Shown here in pieces: positions 47,731 to 61,366 of a stretch of 64,000 nt of DNA. The notes under the pieces were generated by a model. The model was given only the letters and a program-made list of their open reading frames with translations. It searched no databases and was not told where the DNA came from. How positions within the stretch are numbered: the stretch's first letter is position 1; every line of letters starts with the position of its first letter. Location of the stretch: positions 62,001 to 126,000 of the forward strand of contig JABVCE010000008.1 in assembly GCA_014905635.1 (NCBI GenBank), read 5' to 3'. The stretch is from Scenedesmus sp. PABB004 (Eukaryota). The position numbers and the translations under genes were made by a program.

Positions 47731-48417
47731 GCCAGCATCTGCGCCTCCGGCAGCTCCTCCGCCAGGCCCGGGTGCGCCGGTGCGAGCCTGGCCGCTGCGG
47801 GCGCGGGCGCGGTGGCGCGGCGGGCTCTCGCGCGCAGCCCGTGGTGCGGCGCGCGGCACGACGGCGCCCGCCCGCCGGCGCGCGCCGCTGGCCGCACCTT
47901 GCTCATAGCTTTGCAGCGCGAGGACGGGCTCGCCCAGGTTGAGGTGCGCGCGCGCGAGCGTGACGTGCGCGTCGGGCCAGTCTGGCCGCAGCGCCACCGC
48001 CTGCCGCGCCGCCGTGACCGCCTCGTAGCTGCGCCCCAGGCCGTCCAGCACCTGCGCGCGCATCTCAAACGGCTCCGCCAGGCTCGGGCAGATCTGCGGC
48101 GGCGGCGGTGGCGGCGTCGCGGCGCGTCGGTCCACGCGTGCAGCGGCGAGCGAGCGCGCCTCGCGCTGCCGCGGCCGCCACACCAGCGCCGCCTGCTCCC
48201 AGCAGCGGAGCGCGACGAGCGGCTGCCCCGCCTCCTGCGCCGCGACGCCCTTGTCGGCCCAGCGCCGCGCCGCGCCCGCCGCCGCCGCCGCGTCGCTCGC
48301 CGCCGCCGCCGCGTGCGCGGCGCCGCCCTCGTCGCCGTCGTCCGCCGCAAACGCTGCGAGCGGCGGCCGCGGCAGCTTTGCGGGCCGCCCGCCGCCGCCG
48401 CCGATGCGGAAGGCCAT
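47439..48417 (-). CDS. TTC33: TPR repeat protein, TTC33-like, 3 exons
   Basis: KGVAAQEAGQPLVALRCWEQAAL|ICP...EMRAQVL...AVALRPDWPDAHVTLARAHLNLGEPVLALQSYEQ. Confidence 0.75.
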
Positions 48418-48833
48418 GGCTGCGGGCGCAGCGGTCCGCTGGGGCGGCGCCGGGACTGGGGAACTGGGGACTGGGAGTCGCTGGCTGCGGCGGCGGCGGC
48501 GCAAACAACAGCGAAACGCGTCACGGCGCCCCGAACCCGAACGTCCGCAGGGTTGCTCTCTCCGCCGCGTGTCGGACCGTGCCACTCTCTCCCGGTCGGC
48601 GCGCCGCGGACGGCCCCGCCCGCCAGCGCCCGCCAGGCCTCGCCATCAGCAGCGGCAGCAGCAGGGCCCCCAGGCCTCGCGCCCGCGCCGAGCCGCCCCA
48701 CCGTCTCGCGCCGGCTGAACGCGCGCTGCCCGTCTGATCTAGCGGACGTGCCGGCAGCGGCGGCGGCGCTCAACGCCGCGCGGCGGCGGGCGGGCGGCGC
48801 GCCGCTGCTCGCGCGTGCGGGCGGTCGCGCGCG

Positions 48834-51643
48834 ATGAAGCAACGGGACGTGGACTACCTGATCCTGCAGTACCTCAAGAAGCGCGGGTGCGGCGGCGCGC
48901 CGGCCGCGGCGGCGGCGCGGGCGCGGGCACGGCGGCAGCGCCGCGGTCGCAGCCGCCCTCGCCCCGCCGCGCTGCCGCACGTCTCAACGCGCCCGTGCGT
49001 GCCCCGTGTGCCCCGCGCCGCCGCCGCGCGACCGCGGGGCAGGCTGGATGACGTCGAGCGCGCGTTCCGGTCGCGGTCGGGCTTCGACGCCGCCGCCGGC
49101 GGCGAGGCGGCGGCGCTCGGGCACGCGCTCGACGACGACGCGGGGCTGGCGGGGCTGCTGTTTGTGGTCGCGGCCGAGGCCGACCCCCGCGCCTACGTGG
49201 CCGCGTACGACGGCCTCGTCGCCTGGACGGACAGCTGCCTCGACCTCTACAAGGTGCGAGCTGTGTGTGCGGCGCATCGCACGGCACGCGCAGCGCGCGG
49301 CGCGCACAGCGGCACAGCACGCAGCGCGGCACGCGCAGCAGCGCACACACACACCAGCAGCGCGCGCCGGTGCCGCGACGGCAGCCCGCGCCGGCCGCGT
49401 GCTGCGCGGAGGCCCGACGCACCCCTTTTCCCCGCCCGCGCACGGGCGGCAGGCGGAGCTGGCGCGCGTGCTGTACCCCGTGTTTGTCCACGTTTACCTG
49501 GCGCTGGTGCAGCACGGCGCGAGCGGGGAGGCGGCGGCGCTGCTCGCCAGATACAGGCGCGGCGGCGGGAGCGAGAGGGACGGGGGGCGTGGTGGGGCGG
49601 TGGTGGGGCGCGGCGCAGCGGCGGCGCAGCGGCGAGCAGCGGCGCAGCGCCCACGCGCGCCCACCCGCGCCTGGCCGCCGCGGGCGCAGGCGGCGGCTGG
49701 TGGAGGTCGGCGGGCGGCAGAGCAGCGTGCGCGCGCAGGAGCTGACCGAGCTGCAGGCCGTCGCGGTGGCGCAGCACCTCGACGTCAACCCCTTTGCGCG
49801 CGCGGCGCGGGCGCAGCGCTGCGGCGTGAGCCTGTGCACCTACAGCTTTGAGCTGCTGATGCACCACCTGCAGGCCGCCAAGCAGTGGCTGCTCCTGCAC
49901 ATCATCAACAGCCACGTGCGCTTCGAGGTGCGCCGGCGCGGCGCGGCGCGGCGCCGCCGCTGCGGCCCGTGCCGGCCGCTGCGGCCCGTGCCGGCTGCCT
50001 GCCCCCTGCCTCGCGCCCACCCTGCCGCCGCCGCGCCCCCCGGCGCCTGCAGCTGTACGAGGGCCGGCCGCTGATGGACCCTGTGGCGGGCGGCGACGAG
50101 GAGGGGCGCGGCCTGCTGCAGACGCGCGCCGGCGAGGCGGCGGGGCCGGTCAACGCCACGCCGCTCGACCTCGGCCTGCTGCCCGGCGGCACCGAGGATG
50201 CGTTCGCGACGCAGCGCCTCCAGGTGCGGCCCCAGCCTCGCGCGCGGCCTCCGCGGCCCCACCACCCCGCACGCAGCTCGCGCCGACCCGGCCGCCAGCT
50301 GCCGCTGCTCACGCCGCCCCCGCTCGCCCCGCCCCTGCTGCCGCCTCACGCGCCGCCGCCCCGCCGCCGCCGCCGGCGTCGGCCGCAGGAGGAGGAGGAG
50401 CGGTTTAACCGGCTCGTCGCCAATGCCTCGAGCGCCGCCGCGCGCGCCGCGGCCGAGGCGGAGGACGCGGGCCTGGATGGCGAGGAGGCGATCACAGAGG
50501 CGGAGGCCGCCGCGAGCGCCGCGGCGGCGGCGGCCAACGCGAGCGTCAAGCGCCTGCGCGCGACGCGCGACCGCGCGCTCGGCGCGGCCAAGGCGAAGCA
50601 CCAGGAGATGCTGGAGAGCCGGCGCACGGCCGAGGCCGCGGTGCGCCAGGCCGTGGGTCAGCAGGGGGAAGCGGCCGCCGCGCACGGCGGCCGCGGCCGG
50701 CCGCGGGACGCGCTCTCACCCCGCCATCGCCGCCGCCATCCCCCCTCTCCCCGCCCGCCGCCGGCCCTAGCTGCCGCTGCTGCCGCTGCACGAGCGCGTC
50801 GCGGCGGCGCAGGCGGCCGACCTCGCGGCGCGCGCGGGCGTGGGCCCGGGGGAGCTGCCGTCGGCGTGCTTCTTCACGGTGCTGGACGCGCGCGCTGGCC
50901 TCACCGCGCTGGCGACCAGCCCCGACGCCAAGCTGCTCGCCACGGGCTTCAGCGACGCGGCGCTGCGCCTGACCCACCTCGGCGCGCTCGGCAAGGCGCG
51001 GCCGCGCCTGCGCGAGCGCGCGGGCGCGCCGCGCGGCGCCAAGCGCGGCCGGGGGCGCGAGATCGACGTCGCGGCGCCGCTCGAGGTGGACACGGAGGAG
51101 GCGGAGCTGCAGGTGCGACCGCGCGCGCGCGGCGGCACGGCCGGGAGGCCGGCGGCGCGCACCCGGCGCGCCTTGGCCGCCCACTGCATCAGCGCGCCGC
51201 CCCCTGCCTGCGCCGCAGGAGGAGCTGGACGGCGTGGCGCAGGCGGCCACGGCGTCGCTGGTGGGCCACTCGGGTGAGCCGCGCCGCGCGGCGCCCGCGC
51301 TGCGCCGCGCCCGCCCGTGCCGCCGCCCGCGCCCACGCGCGCGCGCGCCGCCGCCGCGCCCGCCGCCAGGCGCCATCAACGCGCTCGCGTTCAGCGCGGA
51401 CCAGCAGCTGCTGGTCAGCGCGTCGAGCGACGCCACGGTGCGGCTGTGGAGCACCGAGCTGCGGCGCGGGCTCGTCGCGCTGCGAGGTCACGTCTACCCT
51501 GTGTGGGACGTCGCGACCTGCCCGCACGGCACCTACGTCCTCAGCGGCGGCAGCGACCGCACCGCGCGCCTGTGGAGCATGGAGCACGCGCGCCCGCTGC
51601 GCATCTACGCCGGTGCGCGCCCCGCCCGGCGCCCACGGCATGG

Positions 51644-51724
<81 letters not shown>

Positions 51725-52621
51725 GGCGCGCGGCCCACCGCGCCGCCACGGGCGCGCCGCCGCCGCCGCGCAGGGCACCAGAGCGACGTGGACGTGGTGG
51801 CGTGGCACCCCAACAGCCAGTACGTGGCCACCGGCAGCGCCGACCGCACCGTGCGGCTCTGGGACGCGGCGAGCGGCGCGACGGTGCGCCTGCTCGCGGC
51901 GCAGACGAGCTGCCTCACCGCGCTCGCGTTCTCGCCCGACGGGCGCGCGCTGTCGGCGGGCTGCGAGGACGGCAGCGTCGCGGTCTACGATCTCAGCAGC
52001 GGCCGGCGGTGAGCGCTCGAGCGCGCGCGGCGGCAGGGGCGCGCCGCGGCGGCGCCCCGCCGCGGCGGCAAGCGCTGCCGCACTGCTTTTCGCCGCGCCG
52101 GCCCACCACCCCGGGCCGGGCCTCGCCGCCCCGCCCCGGCGCGCAGGGTCGCGCTGCTGGAGGGCCACGCCGGGCCCGTGTGGACGGCGTGCTACAGCCG
52201 CGGCAGCGGCAGCCTGCTCGCGACCGGCGGCGCCGACCGCACGCTGCGGCTGTGGAGCATGCCGCGCGGCGCCAACATCCTGGACGCCGTGAACGACGAG
52301 CTCGCCGCAGCGGCCGCAGAGGCGGGCGGCGCCGACGGCGCGGCGAGCGGCGGCGGGGCCGCCGCCGCGGGCGCCGCGCCGTCGACGCGCGGCGGCGGCG
52401 GCGGCGGCGGCGCGCCCGGCGCCGGCGGCGGCGGCGGCCACGCGGGCGGCGGCCCGTCGGGCGCGGTGGCCTGGCCGGCCTACCAGCCGCTGGCGACGTT
52501 CACGACGCAGGCGATGCCGGTCGTGGCCGCCGCGTTCACGCCGCGCAACCTGCTGCTCGCGGGCGGGCCCTGGTGCCCGCCCGGCGGCGCGCGCGGCGGC
52601 GGCGGGCGCGGCGGCCGCTAG
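48834..52621 (+). CDS. TAF5: Transcription initiation factor TFIID subunit 5 (LisH-like N-terminus, NTD2, WD40 repeats)
   Basis: LILQYLKKRG; YDGLVAWTDSCLDLYK|AELARVLYPVFVHVYLALV; LPSACFFTV; GHVYPVWDV, GH.SDVDVVAWHPNSQYVATGSADRTVRLWD; FTPRNLLLAGG. Confidence 0.92.
51646..51724. repeat. (CCCGCG)n microsatellite in a TAF5 intron
   Basis: About 13 tandem hexamers. Confidence 0.85.
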
Positions 52622-53000
52622 GGGCCGGGAGAGCCCCTTGCGCAGCGCTCGCGGCGCGGCCGCCGCCGTGCGCAGGACGTTCCGGCGCGCGCCGGCCGCG
52701 GGCGGCAGCGGCGGCGGCGGCGGCGCCGCTGGGGGCTGGACCTCAGCGAAAACGGGCCCTAGCAGGCTTTGCGTGGAGGCCCAGCAAGCGGGCCGCCCCG
52801 GGTCGCTTGCGCGCCAGCAGGGCTGAAGCGAGCGAGCGACTTTCGCACTTCTTGCTGCCCGTGCGCGGCTTCTGCGCACCCGCCCGCGCCGCCACACACG
52901 CGACCCCACCCTGACACAAGAGCCGCTCGAGACAGCGACCAGCGCCAACGAGCACGCCCTCGCGCCACGCTTGCCTCTCCCACATGCCCAGCGCCCTCGC

Positions 53001-55381
53001 ATGGGCTTGAAGGAGCTCATTTCCGGGGCCCTGCGGCCCCCACGCGCGGCGGCCGCCCTCGAGCTGGGCGGCTGCAGCGAGGCGACGGCGCAGGCGATAT
53101 GGTGCGCGGCCAGCGAGGAATGGGGCCCCATTTCTGCGCGCGCGCGCGCCCGCAGGCCCTGCGCGCCCGCGTATACCAGGGCCGGGGGTCGGGGCACCTC
53201 CTGCCGTGCCGCCCGAGGCGCGCCGCTGAGCGTAGGCGCCGCTCGCAGGCACAAATACCTCTCGTATCGCGCGGCGGGCTACGTGCGCCCCTTCCACGAG
53301 CGCAAGAGCCCGCACAGGATCAAGATGTTCCACATGGGCTCCCACGTCGTCAAGGAGTATAGCGGCGCGCGCGAGGCGGTGAGCCATCGGCAGCCGCTGC
53401 GCGGCTTCCCGGCCCAGCGGCGGCCCGGCGCGGGGTGGGCGGGCGCTCGGCGGGCCGGCCGCCCGTCGCGGCGGCCCCGGGGCGACGCGATCGGGCCGCC
53501 GCGCGCGCGCGCGAGCCCTGGGGCGGCCCGCAGTTGCGTGCGCCCCCCGCGCGCCGCGGACGGCGCCAGGACGGCCCCACGGCCGCCCTGGGTCAGCCCC
53601 GGGAGCGACGCGCCGTGCTGCTGGACCGGCGGGCCCGCGGGCGGGCGGTGGGGCTGTGGCGCATGCGCGAGCAGCACGCCGCAGCCCGCCGGCGCGGGCC
53701 CGGGCGGGCGCGCCCCGCCAGCGTCTCGGGCGGCGTGGCACCAGCCCGCCGGGACGGCGGGAGCGGGTCCTGCAGGCGCCGCGGCACCGGGACAGCGGCA
53801 GCAGCCGCGCTGACGCGCGCGCCGCGCCGCCGCCGCGTCGCCGCCGCCGTGGCCGCAGGTGGAGAAGGAGGTCGCGATCCTGCGCCAGCTGCGGCACGAG
53901 AACCTGGTGGGCTACCTCTTTGTCGCGGACCAGGGCAGCAAGATCAGCATCGTCATGGACTGGGCCGGCGACTCGCTGCGCGAGCACCGCGCGGTCACGC
54001 ACCCGCAGCAGTACTGCGAGGCCGTCGCGCGGCACATGTGCTACCAGCTCACCCACGCGCTCGTCTACCTGCACCAGAAGGTGCGGCGGCGGCGGGCGGG
54101 GCCGCCCGCGCGGCGCGGCGGCAGCAGGCAGCCGTCAGCGCAGCGCGCTCGCAGCAGCGCGCGAGCTGCGCCGCGCGTCGCCGCGGCCGCGTGTGCCGAC
54201 GCGGGCCCCGCCGCCGCCTGCCGCCCCGCCCTCTGCCCCCGGCCGCGCAGGGCATCATCCACCGCGACATCAAGCCCGACAACATCGGCGTGCACGTGGA
54301 CCACAAGGTGCAGCTCTTTGACTGGGGCGAGGCGCTCACGCTCGACACGGTCGCCAGCCTGGGCGACCGCGAGCTCGCGCGCCAGGTCGGCGTGTCGGGC
54401 ACACCGCTGTTCATGGCGCCCGAGGTGCTCAACTACCTCACGGGGCGCGACCGCGACCCGGCGGGCGACCACCGCTTGCGCCCGCTGCTCACGCCCGCGC
54501 TCGACGTGTGGGGCCTCGGCTGCGTGCTCTTCTTCCTGCTCGCGGGGCGGGACATCTTTGTGCACGACAGCTGCTGGGAGCTCGACGCGCTCGCCGACGT
54601 GGCGAGCGCGTCGGGCGGCGTGGAGCTGCCGCTCGGCGTCGCCGCGAGCCCCGCGGCGCGGCACTTCCTGGGGCGCTGCCTCGAGCGCGACCCGGCCGAG
54701 CGCGCGAGCGCGGCGGAGCTGATGCAGCACCCCTGGCTCATGGGTGCGGCGAGCGTGGCCGACATGGAGGCCTTTGCCGACGCGCGCGCACGCGTGGACA
54801 GCCTCGACAGCGCCGCCGCGCGCACCGCGCTGCTGAGCGTGCTCGCCGAGTCGTTTGGCAGCGCCGACGGCGGCGCCGACGACTGCGACGACGGCAGCTC
54901 GACGCAGAACCAGCCGATCAGCCTCTCGCCCGCCGCGGCCGCGGCGGCGCGCAACGCCGCGGCCGCGGCCGTCGCGGCGTCGGCGTCGGCCGACGCGCTC
55001 GCGGCGAGCGTCGCGCTCGCGAGCGGCGTGCCCGCGGCCGCGGGCGGGCCGCCCGGCGGCGGCGGCGACGCGCGCGCGCTCGCCGCGGTCGCGGCGGGCG
55101 GCGCGCCCGCGTGCCGCGCGGGCATGGTGCTGCTGCAGCAGCAGCAGCAGGCGCTGCTGCCGCCGGCGCGCAGCGGCAGCCAGCCGGGCGGCCACCGCCG
55201 CCTGCGCAGCGTGGGCAGCCACAAGAGCCTCAGCGGCGCGCCCGAGGAGGAGGGCAGCGCCGCGACGGCGGAGCTGCAGAAGCGCGGCGGCGGCGAGGCG
55301 GTGTGCGAGGTGCGACTGCGGCTCTCCGCGTCGAACCCCTCGCTCACCTCGGCGGGCAGCCTGCAGCTGCCGGTCTGCTGA
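53001..55381 (+). CDS. Ser/Thr protein kinase with atypical N-lobe and a DWG motif, low-complexity C-terminal tail
   Basis: VVKEY, EKEVAILRQLRHENLV, IIHRDIKPDN, LFDWGEA, GTPLFMAPE, DVWGLGC, ERASAAELMQHPWL; introns ~53102-53248, 53379-53858, 54081-54250. Confidence 0.88.
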
Positions 55382-56800
55382 TCGCACGCGCCCCGTGCGC
55401 GGCACGGCACTGTAGCATAGGGGCGGGGAGGGGGGAGGCCGCCGGGCCCGCCCGGCGGCGCGGCGCGCGCGCGCGCGCCCGCGCGTGACACAAACCACGC
55501 CTGCCGACGGGCGCGGTGTGGCACGCGCGGGCGCGCGCGGCACCCCGCGCCATCGGGCGGGCCGGCGGCGGGCAGTGGTGGTGCCACGCGCGCGTGGCGC
55601 GCGCCGCGCGCCGCCCCGTGCACAGGGTGGCGTGCGCGCCGCGCGCCGCGCGCGCGGCGTCGTTGACGCCCCAATGACGGACCAAGAATGTGCGCGCTCG
55701 CTGCAGCGGGGTGCATCGGCAGCGCCGGCCCGCCCCGGGCAGCATTTGCCGCAGGGGCGGGCGACGGCGCGAAGAGTCCCGATTGCGGCTGCACATGTGC
55801 GGCGCCGCCGCCGCTCCACCTCCGGGGCGGGCGGCGGCACGCCCACACGGCAGGCGTGGCAGCAGCAGCATGCTGGTGGCGGTGTGGGAGGGCGCAGGCG
55901 CACCGGGGGCGGCTGGCGTGGGGCGTGGTTGTTTTGGTCATGTTTGGTCCGCAGCTTGTAGACCAGCGCGCTCTGTGATTGATGATGACCCCTGGCCAGC
56001 CGCGCGCGTGCACGAGTGCGTGCGAGCGCGGCGCCACAGCGTTGTTGCAGCTGTACCCTACGCACACCCATCACGTCGCACCCTGGACTTGCAAACTGTT
56101 GCCGCCGGCCGCGTTGCGCTGGCCGTTGTACATGGCGCTGCCTCCGCGGGCCCGCGGCGGTGGCGGCGCGACTCTCTTGCCTCCTCACACGCGCGCACAC
56201 GCACGCCCCCCATTGGCTGGCTCTGGAGCAGCAGCAGGCGCGCGGCGCGGCATGCCACCGCCCGGCGCGCAGCCACCACCCTGCGCATAGCCGGGCGCGG
56301 GCCATGCCGCGCCGCGGCAGGCAGGCAGGCGACGCGATTGACTCTGTGAACCCTGCTGCCGGCCCGCCGCCGCTCCCGGCAGGCAAGCCCCCGCGCCCCC
56401 GCAGCTGGCAGCCACACCGCACGCGTGCGCGCAGCCCGCCGACGCCCGTCGCCCGCAGCAGCAGACGCCCGAGCGCCGCCGCCGCAGGAGGAGCGCTCGG
56501 GCCGGCGCACGGCGCCAGCTGCAGCAGGGAGCGGCTTTCCAGCGCTCATCGTGCCGCCCCGGGGCGGGTGAGGTGCGTGCGCGCTCGCTCGGACTGCGCT
56601 GGGGCGTGCAGCGCGCGCCACGCCCTGGTCAGCCGCGTGCCGTCGCAGAGAGTGCCGGGGCGCGCTCACAGTGGCAGCGGGGGGCACGTGCGCCGGGCGC
56701 TGCGCGCGGACGCCCGCCGAACGCCCTCTCGCTGCTGCCACGGCCGCTGCGCGCGGAGCGCAGGGCGCGCCTCCAATCGGGCGGCTCTCCCGGCATCACC

Positions 56801-58887
56801 ATGCTGAGACGGCTGGCGACGCGGGCCGCCACGCTGCAGGCGTCGCTCCAGCAGGCGCTGGCGGCGCCGGGCGCGGCGGCAGCAGCAGCAGCAGCGCCGG
56901 GCGGCGCCGCCGCGGCAGCGCGTCTCGGCGCGGCCGGCCGGCGCTGGGCGCCGGGCAGGGTGCGGCAGCTGTTCTCGTCGGCTGAGGGCGGCAGCGGCGG
57001 CGGCGCGAGCGGCGCGCCGCCCAAGAGCATGCTCGACGCGGCGATGCCCCACCAGGGCGCCGCGGCGGAGGCGCTCGGCACCGCGGCGGCGGTGCGCCTG
57101 CGCGCGATCGCCGAGGCCGAGGCGAGCAAGGAGGGCGGCGCGGCGTCGGGGCCGGGCGTGCTGCGGCGGCTGCTGAGCCTGCTCGTCGACGCGGCGATGC
57201 TCGGCGGCCTCGCGGCCACGGTCGCGGGCGGCTACACATACTACAGGCGCGCAGGGCGGCCGGGCGGGGGCAGGAGGGGGACTTTGTGGCTTGCGGCACG
57301 CCGCCGCGCGCCGGGCGCCCCCGAGTGGCCGCGCCGCGCGCTCACCGCGCCGCCCCCGCGCGGCCACCACTGCCGCCGGCGCAGGTACAGCCTGCCAGAG
57401 GTCGAGGCGATGCTGGCAGAGGCGGAGGGCGGCGCGGAGCCGACGCTGCAGGGCCGCGCGTGGGCAGGGCTGCTGCGCGCCTACCTCAGCGCGGCGGTGC
57501 CGATCGACCGCAAGGTGCGTGCGCGAGACCCCCCGCGCTGCGCCGCGCCGCGGCTGCGGCGGCGGCGCCGCACTGCGGCGGCGCGCGGCGCCCGCGCGCC
57601 GCCGCCCGAGCCCCGCGCCGCGCCGCGCCGCGCCGGCGCCGCCCAGGTGCGCGAGTACACCGACCCCACGTGCGACGCGCTGCTGCCGGAGCTCGCGCCG
57701 GAGCTGCGGGGCCGCGTGAAGACGCTGGTGCTGGACCTGCAGGACGTGCTGGTGCACAAGGAGTGGAGCCGCGCCAAGGGCTGGCAGGCGCGCCGCCGCG
57801 CCGCGCGGCGCGCAGCGCAGCGCCGCGGGGGGGCCGCCGCCAAGCGCGCCGCCGCCGCCGCGGCGCCGCAGGTGCTGAAGCGCCCCGGGGTGGAGGCGTT
57901 CCTGCTTGAGATGGGGCGCCGGTACGAGGTGGTGGTCTACACAGATGAGGCGGCCATGTACGCGGGTGCGCCGCGCGCCCGACACCGCACACCCACGCCG
58001 AGCCGTGCGCCGCCCCTGCCGCCGCGGCGTGGAGCGCGGCACCGCCACCGCGGCGGCGCCCGCGTGCGAGCTCGGAGGCCCCTCGACTAAACCCTTGCCC
58101 CCGCTGGCTCAAAACCCCGCCCTCCCCGCCGGACGCCAGACCCCGTGATCAACAAGATCGACCCCCACCGCGCCATCACGTACCGCCTGTACCGCCAGGA
58201 CACCCAGGCGCGCCGCCGCCGCCGCCGCCACCACGGCGCCCCGCGGCCCCGCGCCCACCGCGCCCACCGCGCCCGCCGCGCCCCGCCGCCGCCGCCGGCC
58301 TCATCCCACCTCGCCGCCGCCGGCCCCGCCCCGCCGCGCCATGCCTCGCTGCCGCGCAGTACAAGGACGGCAAGCACGTGCGCGACCTGTCCAAGCTCAA
58401 CCGCGACCTCAGCCAGGTCCTCTTCATCGCAGGTGCGCAGCGCCGCCACGTGGCCACGCGGCCCCCACGCGCGCCGCCCCGCGCCGCGCCTCGGCTGCTC
58501 AGCGCGCTGGCGCGGCGCCGCCGCCGCGCGCAGCGGACGAGTCGGCGTACGCGTTTCAGCCCGGCAACGCGCTCAAGCTGCGGCCGTGGGACCCGTCCTC
58601 GTCGCCGGGCGACACGACGCTGCTGGACCTCATACCCTTCCTGCAGATGGTGCAGGAGGTCGCGGTGCAGGTGCGCGCGCGCACGCGCGTGCGGCCGGGT
58701 CCAGCGCGCGCGCGGCACGCGCGGCGCGGCGCGGCCGACCCCGGCGCCGCGGCTGCAGGACGTGCGCGACGTCGTGCGCAGCTACGACGGCGAGGAGGAC
58801 GTGGCGGCGGCCTTCAAGGCGCGCATGGCGGCGCTGGCCAAGCAGAAGAAGGCCGGCGGCGGCGGGCGCTTCGGCACGCGCGCGTGA
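56801..58887 (+). CDS. TIM50: Mitochondrial import inner membrane translocase subunit TIM50 (NIF/FCP1 domain)
   Basis: Presequence MLRRLATRAATL, TM segment, KTLVLDLQDVLVHKEWSRAKGW, KRPGVEAFL, YEVVVYT, YKDGKHVRDLSKLNRDLS, LLDLIPFL. Confidence 0.92.
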
Positions 58888-59179
58888 GCCAGCGCGCGGG
58901 GCCGCGTGCGCGTGCGCGGCCCACCCGCGGCGGCGTCGCGGCGCCGCCGGCAGCGCGCTGTGTGCTCGCCGGACGCGTGGTGGGGCGGCTGCAACGCGCC
59001 GCGGCCGGGTTATGAGCGATTGCCGCGCAAGACCCCGCGGGGCGTTCGCGGTGCCAGCAGGCCGCCCCGGCCGCGTGCCGGTCTCCGCTCCCTCCCAGCG
59101 CAGGCTCCGCGATCAGACGCAGCGTTCCAGCACACGGCAAGTGCCACACGCGCCGCCTGGGCGCAGCAGGGCCTTCGCG

Positions 59180-61366
59180 ATGGGCCTGGGCGACTGGCGC
59201 AGCTGCCCGCTGTTCAAAGCGCCCGCGGACCGATGGGACGCGCTCAGCGCCGAGCAGCGCACCGCGGCGGGCGTCGCTGGGGGCGTCACGCTGGCGCTGG
59301 CCGGCGCGCTCGCGTACAGACGGTGCGCCCGGGGCGAGCGGGCCGCCACGCGCATGCGCTGGGCCGCTCCGCCGCGCCACGCCCAAGCTGGCGCCTGCGC
59401 AGCGGCGCCCGGGCGCGGCAGCCGGCGCTGATGGCCGGCGCGCGGCAGCTCCCCGCCCCACGCGCGCGATTCCGGCCGGCGCGCGGGGGGCGGGCGCACG
59501 GCGTTGGAGCCGGGCGCGGCGCCGCCATTGCGGTGGCGCGGGGGGCTCGCCGCCGCGGCGCGGCGCCGCGCGGCGGCGCGGCGCGGCGCCCGCTGCTGCC
59601 GCCGCCGCGCCGACCTGCGCCGCCCGCCGGCGCCCGCCGCGCAGGTACGTGGACGCGCGCAAGAACCGTCCGACCATCTTTGAGCTGAGCGGCGGGTCCA
59701 TCGAGAAGGACAAGGTGAAGAACGAGTGGGACAACTACGAGTCGAGCTATGGCAAGGAGGCGGGCGCGGGCATCACCGACCGCAGCAAGACCACGCAGCT
59801 CGTGGACGTCTTCTACTCCCTCGTCACGGGTGCGCGCGCGCGGCTGGCGGCCCGCGGCTGGGGCGCGCAGCTGGGCCCGCGGCGGTCGGGCGCCGCAGCG
59901 GGCGGCGCGCCCGCGCAGCGCCGCCGCCAAGCGGGCCCGCGGCGCGCGATCCTGGCCCCGCCTCCCCGTCCGCGCCCACACTTCTTGCTCGCGCGTGCGC
60001 GCGCGTGTGGCACGCAGACATCTACGAGTACGGCTGGGGGCAGTCGTTCCACTTCAGCCCGCGCCTGCCCGGCAAGACCTGGGCCGCGAGCGAGGCCGCG
60101 CACGAGGCGCGCGTCGCGGTCGAGCTCGGGCTGCGCCCCGGCATGAAGGTGCTCGACTGCGGCTGCGGCGTGGGCGGGCCCATGCGCACGATCGCCGCCG
60201 TCAGCGGCGCGCACGTCACGGGTGCGCGCGGCGCGGCGGCGGGCGGCGGCGGGCGCGGCGGCCGGCTGCGTCGGCCCCGCTGCGCTCCGCCACGCCCTGC
60301 GCTCACCCGCCCTGCCCGCCCCGCCCCGCCCCCCGGTAACTCCACGGCCAGGCATCACCATCAACCAGTACCAGGTCGACCGCGCGACGCACCACAACGC
60401 GCGGCTGGGGCTGTCGCCGCTCACGGACGTCGTGCGCGGCAACTTCTGCGAGCTGCCGTTTGCGCCGGGCAGCTTCGACGCGGCGTACGCGATCGAGGCG
60501 ACCTGCCACGGTGCGGCGCGGCGCCGCCGCCGCAGTGCCCCTCCTCCACCCCAGAACAAAAGCACCCCTCCCAGCCTCACCTCCGCCCGCCGCCACCCAC
60601 CCGCCCTCCCGCCCCGCGCCCCGCGCCCCGCGCCCCGCCCCGCGCGCAGCCAACAAGCTGGAGGACGTGTACGGCCAGATCTTCACCGCGCTCAAGCCGG
60701 GCGGCGTGTTCCTGACCTACGAGTGGGTCAGCACGCCGGCGTTCGACGCGGCCGACCCGGAGCACGTCCGCATCATCGACGAGATCAACTTTGGCAATGG
60801 CCTGCCGGAGATGCGCACCTGGGCGCAGGCCGAGGCCGCCGGCGCGGCGGTGGGGTTCAAGCTCGTCACCAGGCGCGCGCGCGCGCAGATGCGGGCGCGC
60901 TGGGCGCCGCGCCGCGGCGGCCGCGCAGCGCGCGCAGCTGTGCGTGCGAGCCCGTCCCCGAGCCCGCCGCCGCCGCCGCCGCCGCGCAGCCTGGACCTGG
61001 CGACGTCGTCGGAGGTCGCCGGCGGCTGGTACGGCCGGCTCGAGGAGCTGGCGTGGCAGAACGAGGTGCGCGCGCGCAGCGGCGGCGGGGGCGCACGCCA
61101 CGGCAGGCGGGGGCGGGCCGCTCTGCGCCGCGCGCTGGGCACCCGCGCGGGGCGGCGGCCGAGCCGCGCCGCGCCGCGCGTCGCGCCGCGCGTCGGCGCA
61201 GGTGAGCCACGTCGTCGTGAGCGCGCTGGACGCGCTGTGGCTGGCGCCCAAGGGCCTCAAGGAGGTGCACAACATGCTGCGCAACGTCGCGCGCAGCCTC
61301 GTCGCGGGCGGGCGCACGGGCGTGTTCTCGCCCATGCACATGCTCGTCTTCCAGAAGCCCAAGTGA
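59180..61366 (+). CDS. SMT: Sterol C24-methyltransferase (ERG6/SMT family, SMT2-like N-terminus)
   Basis: [77 protein letters not shown]. Confidence 0.95.

Noticed and set aside
55976..56090. C/D box snoRNA (ATGATGA at ~55982)
   Set aside because: No CTGA D box at a suitable distance and no terminal stem.
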